Assembly: GCA_965203275.1 (NCBI GenBank)
Contig: OZ241865.1
Coordinates: forward strand, 960,001-1,024,000
DNA length: 64,000 nucleotides
DNA from: Bdellovibrionales bacterium
GTDB lineage: Bacteria > Bdellovibrionota > Bdellovibrionia > Bdellovibrionales > JAUICD01
Direction of reading: 5' to 3'
Part shown: positions 55,477 to 64,000 of the stretch, one piece after another
Position numbering within the stretch: position 1 is the first letter of the stretch
Layout of the letters: each line of letters begins with the position of its first letter
Position numbers and translations under genes: made by a program
The notes under the pieces: generated by a model
Database searches by the model: none
The model's input: the letters and a program-made list of their open reading frames with translations, nothing else
What the model was told of the DNA's origin: nothing

Positions 55477-57279
55477 CTATCTTTGTGGTTCTGGTACTAC
55501 TGGAATAGGTAGAATAGGTCTTGTAATTGGAGGAGATTCTCCATCTTCATTAGATTCAGTGGCAACGGTAGCATTAGCAACAGAGTCTTCTTCATTATTT
55601 GTAGTAGTAGTGACAGAGTCATCGACAACAGGGGCAACATCAACAGGCTCAGTTTCAATTTCAGGTTCAGTGGTAACAATAGTTTCAGCGAAAGGGCTAC
55701 TTATTGTTTCAGTGGTATCAACAGGTTCAGGGCCAACAGAAGCAACAGGTTCAGGGTCAACAGGAGCAACAGGTTCAACAAATTCTAGCGGTAGACCTCT
55801 TTCTGGTTCTGATAATTGCTGAAATGGTTGTTCTACAGTTGTTGTATTTTCTTGTATTTCGAGTTGAGATTGAACTGTAGATTGAAGAAAAGATAGAACA
55901 GAATTGGTAGCATTCAATAAAATTTCTACAGCCCCTTTTGAAACATTGACTACAAACCTTGCAGGTGCAGCTCCATCTATATCAGGATTTTCTTCTAAGT
56001 ATTTATAGCTAGATACTCCCATAATAACCGATACCGTTATCATAAAGGTTGTTCTTACTGGTTTTGGTGTTACCGTATACCATAAAGACTTAAGCCCTCT
56101 TGATAATGCAAGAAAAGCACGTTTCAGCATACCTTTTTGGTTACTAGGGGATGTTGGAATATTGTCAACCGCACTTTTTAGTTGCATTGTTGGCTCATCT
56201 AGTGGTGACTTTGGGGTTTCTGACCTTACAAAAACATTAGCAACAGGGTCTACAGGGTCTACTTTTCTTGTAAAATTAGAGGTATCAGGAGCCGGGGGAG
56301 TAGCAGGAGGAGTAGCGGGAGCTGGAGGGGTAACAGGCTTTAACCCTTTTAAGCCCCTTATTTCCGCTTGAGGAACTTGAGCAGCAATAGCAGGGGGGGT
56401 AGCAGGAGCTGGAGGGGTAACAGGCTTTAACCCTTTTAAGCCCCTTATTTCCGCTTGAGGAACTTGAGCAGCAATAGCAGGGGGGGTATCAAGAGCTGGA
56501 GGAGTAGCAGGTTTGGAGGCTGTAGCAGGAGGAGTATCAGGAGCCGGGGGAGTAGCAGGTTTGGAGGCTGTAGCAGGGGGAGTATCAGGAGCCGGGGGAG
56601 TAGCAGGAGGGGTAGCAGGTTTAGAGGGAGTAGCAGGATCTGGGCTGATGCCAGAATCGATCCTCGGGGCTTGTACTGTAATGCCAGAATCGATCCTCGG
56701 GGCTTGTACTGTAGCAGGTTTGGAGGCTACAGCAGGGGGAGTATCAGGAGCCGGAGGAGTAGCAGATTTGCCTGGTCGTGGTTCATTGGCATCATCAGCC
56801 AGTTTTCCAGCGGCTACTCCAGTAGCTGTATGAGCTCCAGCTATCTGATCTGTATTTGTATGACTTCTGGTAGTATCTTCTTTTGATATTGAAGCTCCCC
56901 TTAAAGAATTGATAAAGAAAGGTAACGTGGAAACAGCATTTTCATATTGAAAAACATCAGCTACATCTTGAAATAGAGTTATTATATTGGCTTCTTCCTC
57001 TGATAGCTCTATGGAGTATGTTCCATCTTCTGTGATATAAGTGCCATCTTCTGCCATAGCTCCTTCATGATCTTCTGCTACTGCTAGTAATTTAGCTCTT
57101 AAGTTTTCTAAAATCATTTGATCGATGCTCATTAAATGTTCAAGTACTTCTTGTTCAGCGATAGCTTGATCTAGATGAGAAAAGCTTTGTGATTGTGCAT
57201 TAAGTGTCATACTCAATATTAAAGTTAAAAGAAAACTCACTAAACCACTTATTAAAAATTTTATCTGATTTTGTTTCAT
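55477..57279 (-). CDS. Secreted Pro/Ala-rich repeat protein
   Basis: Signal peptide; repeats PATPPAPDTPPATASK, TVQAPRIDSGI and AQVPQAEIRGLKGLKPVTPP; TM segment; acidic tail. Confidence 0.82.
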   Translation of the reverse strand: MKQNQIKFLISGLVSFLLTLILSMTLNAQSQSFSHLDQAIAEQEVLEHLMSIDQMILENLRAKLLAVAEDHEGAMAEDGTYITEDGTYSIELSEEEANIITLFQDVADVFQYENAVSTLPFFINSLRGASISKEDTTRSHTNTDQIAGAHTATGVAAGKLADDANEPRPGKSATPPAPDTPPAVASKPATVQAPRIDSGITVQAPRIDSGISPDPATPSKPATPPATPPAPDTPPATASKPATPPAPDTPPATASKPATPPALDTPPAIAAQVPQAEIRGLKGLKPVTPPAPATPPAIAAQVPQAEIRGLKGLKPVTPPAPATPPATPPAPDTSNFTRKVDPVDPVANVFVRSETPKSPLDEPTMQLKSAVDNIPTSPSNQKGMLKRAFLALSRGLKSLWYTVTPKPVRTTFMITVSVIMGVSSYKYLEENPDIDGAAPARFVVNVSKGAVEILLNATNSVLSFLQSTVQSQLEIQENTTTVEQPFQQLSEPERGLPLEFVEPVAPVDPEPVASVGPEPVDTTETISSPFAETIVTTEPEIETEPVDVAPVVDDSVTTTTNNEEDSVANATVATESNEDGESPPITRPILPIPVVPEPQR

Positions 57280-57557
57280 AATAATTACCTCTTTGGTTGA
57301 CTTAAGTTACTTAAATTTTATTTATTAAAATAAAATTATTTATAAAATTATTTCTGTTCCGTTACCCTCTTTCTTTTACCCTCTTTGGACCTCTTTAAAA
57401 CTTTAAATTTTAAACAATCCAGCAATTTTGATTTTAACTGTATATATAACAAAAAAATATTATTTTCAAGGTAAACTTTCTAAGTACTTTTAAAAACATC
57501 ATAAATAAATATGATTTCAATAATTTATAAATTGACGCTATGCATTATATTGTTTCA

Positions 57558-58386
57558 GGTCAGTTTACTTTTAGTGAAACAGAAGGATTATCCCTAACCC
57601 CACCCGCCACCCTTCGATTCTGCTTTTTTATCTTATTTATATATGAGTGGAATGCGGGGTCAGGCTTCCGAAGTCCTCAATTTTTTTCACTCAAAATGAA
57701 CTGGCCTCAGGCAATATTGGATCTAGAATTTGTTGGTTGTATGGAATTAGTAAAACAAGCTGATAAATTAGGAGCTTATTTATACAAGTTGTGTAAAAAC
57801 ACTTAAAGTCAAATTTGATCTTTTCCGGGATCCGGGATCCGGGAACCCGGCATCAGAAGGAAATCTTTTTCCTTAACATGAAGTAAAAAAATGAAGGGAT
57901 CCTCATTACTAAAAGTGGTCAGGCTTTCTAGGTTGCCAGCATTTAAGAAGGCGAAAGCCTTCGGCTGGCAACCAGAAAGTGACCAGAGGTCAGACCACTT
58001 TTAGTGAACAAACTCCCTAACCCCACCCGCCACCCTTCGATTCTGCTTTTTCATTTTGTTTTTACTTGAGGATAGGGCAGTGTGAGCCTTCCGAAGTCCT
58101 CAATTGAGCTTGCTTTTAAAGAGCAAGCTCAATTTGCGGAAGATCTTCAGGCTCTCACTGCCCCATCCTCCATCTAATTACTTCTTTTTTGAAGGTTACG
58201 CAGAATCTAAAAAAAATAAAAAAACAAAAAGAAAGGAACTTTTTCCTTAACATGTAGTCAAAAAACGAAGGTTTCCTTCCTACTAAAAGTAAACGGACTT
58301 TTGAGGTAGCCAGCCTTTGATCGACGGCGGTAGCCGTCGGGCTGGCTACCCAAAAGCAACCAGAGGTTGGTTTACTTTTAGTGAAA
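57558..58386 (-). repeat. Composite of family A, family B and heptamer modules
   Basis: Partial B 57591-57680; heptamers 57826-57850; A 57866-58008; B 58014-58231; A 58240-58386. Confidence 0.9.
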
Positions 58387-58496
58387 AAAATTGCTTGACT
58401 TTGAAAACTTATAACAACAAAATGACTGAAAATATAAAGCAATATGAAATAGTTAAACTAAAAAATTAAAATATAACAAAAAGGAGAACACAAAAT

Positions 58497-58880
58497 ATGG
58501 CTAATATTGTTGAAGGATACTATTACACAAAAAATCATGAATGGATCCATGTAGACGAAACAACTGCAACTATAGGCATTACAGCTTATGCACAAGAACA
58601 AATGGGTGAAATTGTTTATGTGGACCTCCCCGATGAAGGGCAAAAGGTAGTACAAAATGAACCTTTTGGAGCTATTGAAAGTGTCAAAGCTGCTTCTGAT
58701 TTGTATTCTCCTGTGTCAGGAACTATTTTGGAAGTCAATACCATTGCTGAAGATATAGGTATGCTCAATGATGATCCTATGGATGAGGGATGGATTATTC
58801 GAGTAGAAATAGACAACGAAAGAGAACTTGCCAATTTAATGAAATCTACTGAATATAAAAAATATCTTAAAGAACAATAA
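58497..58880 (+). CDS. gcvH: Glycine cleavage system H protein
   Basis: HEWI, IGIT.YAQ, lipoyl motif ESVKAASD, SPVSG. Confidence 0.96.
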   Translation: MANIVEGYYYTKNHEWIHVDETTATIGITAYAQEQMGEIVYVDLPDEGQKVVQNEPFGAIESVKAASDLYSPVSGTILEVNTIAEDIGMLNDDPMDEGWIIRVEIDNERELANLMKSTEYKKYLKEQ

Positions 58881-58889
58881 CATTGAATG

Positions 58890-61022
58890 CTATAAATATT
58901 GTTTGAGTTTCTTTTTAGCTTTCTTATAATACTTTCCGTAACGAACATCTAAATTCACAATATCTTTCCACTTCTTTTTAGCATCTTCAATATTGCCTAA
59001 GCTTTCTTCTAAAACACTCTCTGCATATAAATCCTTCATTTGCTTGGTGAGCTTATCCGAATATTCTGCCATTTTCTTCTTAGATGACACTAAAGTAGGA
59101 TCTAAATCTAAACTCTTTTTCAAAAGTAAAATCGCCGTTCTATAATCTTTGGCTTCTATCTTTTCATTGGCCTTATCATGGTAAAAGTCAATTTTGACAT
59201 TAACAATTTGACGAATTTTATCTATGGATTCTTCAGATTTTTCTTTTAATTTATCCGGATCTGGATACTTTGACTTAATATGCTTTTGATAAGCATCAAT
59301 GGCATCTAATAATTGCTTGTCATCATGTAAAGCCTTTGCAGCCTCATAGAGCTTTTTACCTGACTGCACACTTGCCAAATATCTTCTTCTATTTTGTTCT
59401 TTTGTTTTTGATTCAGCAATTTTTTGCTTCATTTCTTCTAATAAAATCTGTATACGAGCATTTTCTGGATCCAGCTCAAGGGCAGGGTCAAGACAGGTCT
59501 GTAATCTGTCTATATCTGTATGTGTTTTAGCTTCTTTAGTACACAGATCAATAACATTTGTTACTTCCTTTACAAGTTGTTCTTGTCTTTCCGTTGCTTG
59601 TCTTATTTCATCGTTTTTTTTGATAGTATCAAGAGCTGCTATAGAAAACTTCTCAAGATCTCTAGAGTCCTTATAAGCAGATATTATCTCATGAAGTTTT
59701 TGTAACTCATTCAAAGCAATATTAAATTTACCTTGATCATACATTTGCTTTGCAGCACGATGACTATTATCCACTACAGTTTTCTGTTGAGGAGTTAGAT
59801 TGTTGAACTCATTATCCTCTTCTAATAACACCTTTTCTTTCTGAGATGTATCTTCCGCAGGTTCTTCAGATAATGACATAGCTACAAAGACAAACACCAA
59901 TCCTATGAGGGCTATACGTATAAACTTTTTCTTTTTCTTGCCAGAATCCGCAATAGGAGAAGGAATGCGTACCACCCCTTCTGATGATTTTTCTTGAGTA
60001 GCAAGATCTATTTGTGCTGTTGATAAATTCAATGGCAAAGAGGAGTTACTAGATGCTTTATGTTCTTCAAGCTCTAAAATTTCAAGCTTTTTTTCCAACT
60101 CTACATTGCAAATTTCAAAACAAAATATTAAATCTTCTATATTGATTCGATCGCTTGAATGTAAAAGTGTAGGCTTGAGATGAGTAATTTTTGTCCCATT
60201 CAGATGTGTTCCGTTAGAACTTTTTAAATCTTTGATATAATATTCATCTTGCGAATAGGTGATTTCAAAGTGCATACGACTGACCTTAGGATGATTCAAA
60301 GTGATCTCACAATCTTCTGATCGTCCAATAACCCATTTTGTCCCATGCAACACAAAGACATCTTCTTGGCCCATTTTCCTTAAAACTTTTAATCTAGCTT
60401 CTAGCTGGGCAGCATGCAATCCTTGTTGCACAAACTGTGTTTGATCAGGATCAGGCTCAGACTCAGGATCATGCTCATCCATGTCGTTTGCTATTTCATT
60501 TGGAGAATCATTTATAGGCATTAGAGAAGTCCTATTGGGATCCTCTTCTTCTGTTGAAGGAATACCTTCTAAATGGTTTTCATTCATATCTTCTGGAGTG
60601 TCTTGCTCTGGTAGTGAATCCTGAAGTTCGGCATCTTGCCCTTCTAAAACCATAAGAGAAGTATTATTATGAGACATAGCTTCTTGATTTTCAGCTCCAT
60701 CAGCTCCATCTGCTCCATTTGCTCCATCTAAGGATATATATATTCTATAATCTCCCATCCAACATTCAAATGGCTCCTCTGAGTTAATTTCTTTTTGAGA
60801 AAAACTATGACCACTCCCGTCTTTTAATTGACTAAAACGTGCAAGACATTTGATCTGCCACTGATCATTTTTAAAAGAGCATTGAAAGTGTCTACGAGAA
60901 ATGAGTTGGTCATCAATGACAAGATGACAGCTTTTATCTCGACCAATAACAATCTCTTGATCTGTGTTCATTTCACATTCTGCAATCTTTTCATTTAAGC
61001 GATAGAGAGTCAGCATTCTCAT
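58890..61022 (-). CDS. Two FHA domains, TM helix, periplasmic TPR protein
   Basis: IGR...ISRRH and IGRS...VSRMH...DLKSSNGT; TM; TPR helices. Confidence 0.9.
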   Translation of the reverse strand: MRMLTLYRLNEKIAECEMNTDQEIVIGRDKSCHLVIDDQLISRRHFQCSFKNDQWQIKCLARFSQLKDGSGHSFSQKEINSEEPFECWMGDYRIYISLDGANGADGADGAENQEAMSHNNTSLMVLEGQDAELQDSLPEQDTPEDMNENHLEGIPSTEEEDPNRTSLMPINDSPNEIANDMDEHDPESEPDPDQTQFVQQGLHAAQLEARLKVLRKMGQEDVFVLHGTKWVIGRSEDCEITLNHPKVSRMHFEITYSQDEYYIKDLKSSNGTHLNGTKITHLKPTLLHSSDRINIEDLIFCFEICNVELEKKLEILELEEHKASSNSSLPLNLSTAQIDLATQEKSSEGVVRIPSPIADSGKKKKKFIRIALIGLVFVFVAMSLSEEPAEDTSQKEKVLLEEDNEFNNLTPQQKTVVDNSHRAAKQMYDQGKFNIALNELQKLHEIISAYKDSRDLEKFSIAALDTIKKNDEIRQATERQEQLVKEVTNVIDLCTKEAKTHTDIDRLQTCLDPALELDPENARIQILLEEMKQKIAESKTKEQNRRRYLASVQSGKKLYEAAKALHDDKQLLDAIDAYQKHIKSKYPDPDKLKEKSEESIDKIRQIVNVKIDFYHDKANEKIEAKDYRTAILLLKKSLDLDPTLVSSKKKMAEYSDKLTKQMKDLYAESVLEESLGNIEDAKKKWKDIVNLDVRYGKYYKKAKKKLKQYL

Positions 61023-61045
61023 AAAATAATATCCTCTATATAAAA

Positions 61046-62026
61046 TTATAAATAACGTTGCATAATGGCTCTACATTCATCCCGTCGTCCTTGGGCTTCT
61101 CTATATATTTTATTATTCTTATCCCCAACCAATACTAAAATTTGCTCATAACTAGCGGCAGCTTGACGGTATTGTTTGTGTTCATAATATTTATTGGCTT
61201 CTAATAGTTTATGTTGTATCAATTGATCTTGTTTGGTTTTAGATTGTTGCAAATATCTCTGTGACAGAATATGACTAGGAAATAAAGCCAAAGCTCCACT
61301 AAAATAATCCATAGCTCTCACATAATTTCTTTCCCTATAATCTCTTAGTCCTTGAATAAAAAGTGCTTTAGCTTCCCTATATTGAGGTGTATTGCGACCT
61401 GTTTGTTGAAACTCTCTGTGAATAGCTGTACTCTTTTCTTCAATGGAAGATATATGTCTTTCTTGTTCCTCGTCTGTGATCAAATGAGTTACTTCTTCTT
61501 CTTCTTTATTTCCTGAAAGTAATAAAAACAAAACAACAGCGACACATCCTACAATAGTATAAAACTTTTTTTTAGATTGTCCCTGAGTGCTACCCATTTG
61601 AAAGTCATCTACACTAGACTTAGAAGGATCTTTAGATAAGGAAGAAGGTGAAGCTAATGTAGGAAGCTGGCTTTGCTGTGTGATTTTAAGTTTTGTTTTA
61701 CCTATCAAGACAACAGAAGGTAGCTCTAAAATGGCATTGAATATTTCTTTTTTACCTACCATGACTTTTCTATCTTTATTGATACGAATGATTTGAAGAC
61801 CTTGAGGAGTAGCCTGTAATGTGGCGTGCTGTCTTGAAACCCTAAGATCATTTAAAACAATGTCATTGCCTTGAGATCGACCAATAGATATCTTTTGAGA
61901 GACCATTTGAAATCTAGCCCCTTTATCTTTACCATTCATAATTTCAATAAAGAAGGGTCCACTTGTACTTGCTGGATTGTTGATATGAGCATGAGTAAAA
62001 TGAGATGGAACAGGAGGTAAAGTCAT
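61046..62026 (-). CDS. FHA-TM-TPR protein
   Basis: IGRSQGND...VSRQHA; TM; C-terminal TPRs. Confidence 0.88.
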   Translation of the reverse strand: MTLPPVPSHFTHAHINNPASTSGPFFIEIMNGKDKGARFQMVSQKISIGRSQGNDIVLNDLRVSRQHATLQATPQGLQIIRINKDRKVMVGKKEIFNAILELPSVVLIGKTKLKITQQSQLPTLASPSSLSKDPSKSSVDDFQMGSTQGQSKKKFYTIVGCVAVVLFLLLSGNKEEEEVTHLITDEEQERHISSIEEKSTAIHREFQQTGRNTPQYREAKALFIQGLRDYRERNYVRAMDYFSGALALFPSHILSQRYLQQSKTKQDQLIQHKLLEANKYYEHKQYRQAAASYEQILVLVGDKNNKIYREAQGRRDECRAIMQRYL

Positions 62027-63660
62027 CAGAAGTCACCTCCTGCTTCTTGTCCAGAAAAAGTCACTACAATAAACTTAGGATTTTGTGTATCTAAAATACA
62101 AGTCGCTTCAATGATGTAGTTGACACCAGAAAACTCAAGTTCATTGCTTGCTGCTTGACCATATTGAGAGAGTACTTTTTGGAAAAGGTCTTGTAAATTA
62201 AGCTGTAAGGCTTGATCTGAAATATCATTGATATTTCTGTTCAACATTGTGCCGTGATCTGAAATGAGATGATCACATTCAGAATTAATAGCAATAATAG
62301 TTCCTTCTGCATCTAAAACCAATCCTGCAGTTTTAATAACTTGAATGAGACTTTGTGCCTCCTCCTCTGGGCTTATTTGTGGAGCAGTCGAATCAACATC
62401 GTCATCTTCTTGTTTGATTCGAGATAAGGCTGAATTAATATTTGTAGATAGTTTCTGAATTTCAGGGTAATTAAAATCAATGCTAATTTCGTTATTGCCT
62501 TTTTTGAGTGCTTGATCCATCTGGATATTCATTTGTCTGATAGGATATTCAATCAAACGATAGAATAAAATAAATAAAATAAATCCTATTGAAAGAGCAA
62601 AAGCTAAAACTTGTACAAACAATCTAATCACATCTTCAAACTTCAAAACACTTACGTTATAAATCAATACAGAAAAAGCTTTGATAAAACTTTCTCCGTC
62701 AGGATCAATGCTACGGATAGGAATACTAACCCCAATGGTATTGTTTTGAAGTTGCTCTATACTCAAGATGCTTTTCTTTCTAGCTCGATGAATAAATGGT
62801 ACGTCAGCATGACTGCCAATTTTTCTTGCAGGAGCTAAAATATGCCCGTCATTCGCTGCAATAATCATGGCTGTATCTACACCTTCGAGGCGTTCTTCTC
62901 TTACGACAAATGTTGAAGATAGTCCCTGGTTAATAGCTGACCTATAGCGTTGTGCAAGACCTTTAGCAATTTCCACAGCTCTGAGTTGGCTTTCTTTTAA
63001 GATTCTTTCTTCTGAAATTTGCATCAACGGGAAGACAGCTAACAAAGTGACCAATAGAATGTAAATTAAAATAAAAGCTCCTAAAATCCATTTAAACTCT
63101 GCCCATTGAGCCAATTGATAAATCCCAGGCATGACCACTGTTTCAAAATAATCTTGTATATTGGTAAAAAAAGATTTGTTGGTTGTTTCAGCAGGTGGAG
63201 AATGCTCATCTATTTCTGGTGTAGCTAAGGTAGAGGGTGTTGCCTGTGGTTGAAAGGCTAAATTGCCATGAACATTCATCATATCTTCTGAAGCATTAAA
63301 ATCAGATGTAGGAGGAGGTTGTTGATGATGTTGCTGAGGGCCGTTGGATATAGAAGGCAAAGACTTAAGGTAATCCATGCGATGAAATTCAAAGATCATG
63401 TTATTACATGAAATTTTATCTCCAGCACTTAAAACAATCCTTTTAACTAAAACACCATTGACAAATGTACCATTGACAGAGTTAAGGTCTCTTAAGATCA
63501 CTATATTTTCTTTAATAGTGATTTGAAAATGTTTTCGAGATATACCAGGATGAGATACAGGAATATCACAAGCTTCGCTTCGACCTACAACATTATTGCC
63601 ATTTTTAAGCTCATTGACCTGCCCTGTTTGCAAGCCAGATACAATTTTAATGCCCCACAT
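62026..63660 (-). CDS. FHA domain membrane protein with sensor-like, HAMP-like and PAS-like regions
   Basis: VGRS...ISRKH...DLNSVNGTFVNG; two TM helices; ATG at 63660. Confidence 0.85.
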   Translation of the reverse strand: MWGIKIVSGLQTGQVNELKNGNNVVGRSEACDIPVSHPGISRKHFQITIKENIVILRDLNSVNGTFVNGVLVKRIVLSAGDKISCNNMIFEFHRMDYLKSLPSISNGPQQHHQQPPPTSDFNASEDMMNVHGNLAFQPQATPSTLATPEIDEHSPPAETTNKSFFTNIQDYFETVVMPGIYQLAQWAEFKWILGAFILIYILLVTLLAVFPLMQISEERILKESQLRAVEIAKGLAQRYRSAINQGLSSTFVVREERLEGVDTAMIIAANDGHILAPARKIGSHADVPFIHRARKKSILSIEQLQNNTIGVSIPIRSIDPDGESFIKAFSVLIYNVSVLKFEDVIRLFVQVLAFALSIGFILFILFYRLIEYPIRQMNIQMDQALKKGNNEISIDFNYPEIQKLSTNINSALSRIKQEDDDVDSTAPQISPEEEAQSLIQVIKTAGLVLDAEGTIIAINSECDHLISDHGTMLNRNINDISDQALQLNLQDLFQKVLSQYGQAASNELEFSGVNYIIEATCILDTQNPKFIVVTFSGQEAGGDF

Positions 63661-63994
63661 ATAACTGATCCCCCTTTGCAATGTTTGTTTTTTTGATAAC
63701 CCCTGACGAAAATTCAAAAACAGAAGATGCTCCCCATACAGGTAAGATCACTCGCCTAGGAGGAATATTGTTATATATAGATTTTACGATGAGGTGTTTG
63801 TTGACAAAGACAACATCAATAGAAAACTGCATAAAAAAAGTGTGAATACTATTGCAGTTAGAAATCCAAAGTGTGTGATGTGGATCGAGATGTGATCTTC
63901 CAATCAAGCCTTTTATTCTGTCTAGCAAGTTTGTAGCTTGCTCTACGTGACTTGCTAAGATGGTTTTACGTGTGAGGTTTTGAAGTGTTGTCAT
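63647..63994 (-). CDS. DUF192 family protein
   Basis: R.KGL.GR, CNSIHTFFM.F.IDVVF motif. Confidence 0.85.
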   Translation of the reverse strand: MTTLQNLTRKTILASHVEQATNLLDRIKGLIGRSHLDPHHTLWISNCNSIHTFFMQFSIDVVFVNKHLIVKSIYNNIPPRRVILPVWGASSVFEFSSGVIKKTNIAKGDQLYVGH

Positions 63995-64000
63995 ATTAGG

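Noticed and set aside
57860..58490. Glycine riboswitch upstream of gcvH
   Set aside because: The structured sequence there is family A and B repeat on the opposite strand; I see no glycine aptamer motifs.

Overview
AT-rich bacterial chromosome segment, most likely from a Bdellovibrionales member. The basis is the 16S motif TACGAGAGGTCCTAGCGTTGTTCGGAATTACTGGGCGTAAAGCGGATGTAGG, the split comEC and a DUF192/FHA cluster. Housekeeping genes include purH, frameshifted prfB, tonB, cpoB, ndk, a UbiB-family kinase, an RNase R-like nuclease, ung, comEC, an M50 protease, trpS, scpA and gcvH. A minus-strand 16S-tRNA(Ile)-23S operon has no linked 5S gene. Defence loci are decayed: two SPPY methyltransferases with a truncated PLD nuclease, a frameshifted AAA ATPase with a truncated DUF4276-like gene, and Dam and Rpn remnants. 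Several secreted protein families are expanded: a domain-shuffled Cys-rich lipoprotein triplet, a Clp-N plus 10x HTH repeat protein, a transglutaminase-tipped toxin-like protein, and a constant-variable-constant paralog pair. The most striking feature is an unannotated ~147-bp interspersed element (family A), present as more than 20 full or partial copies. Its four stems vary wholesale with compensatory changes while loops and junctions stay fixed. It forms tandem arrays, breaks repeatedly at one site, carries variable GATCCCR heptamer tails and a long-hairpin module, and sits at gene truncations and synteny breaks. No mobilising enzyme is visible in the window.
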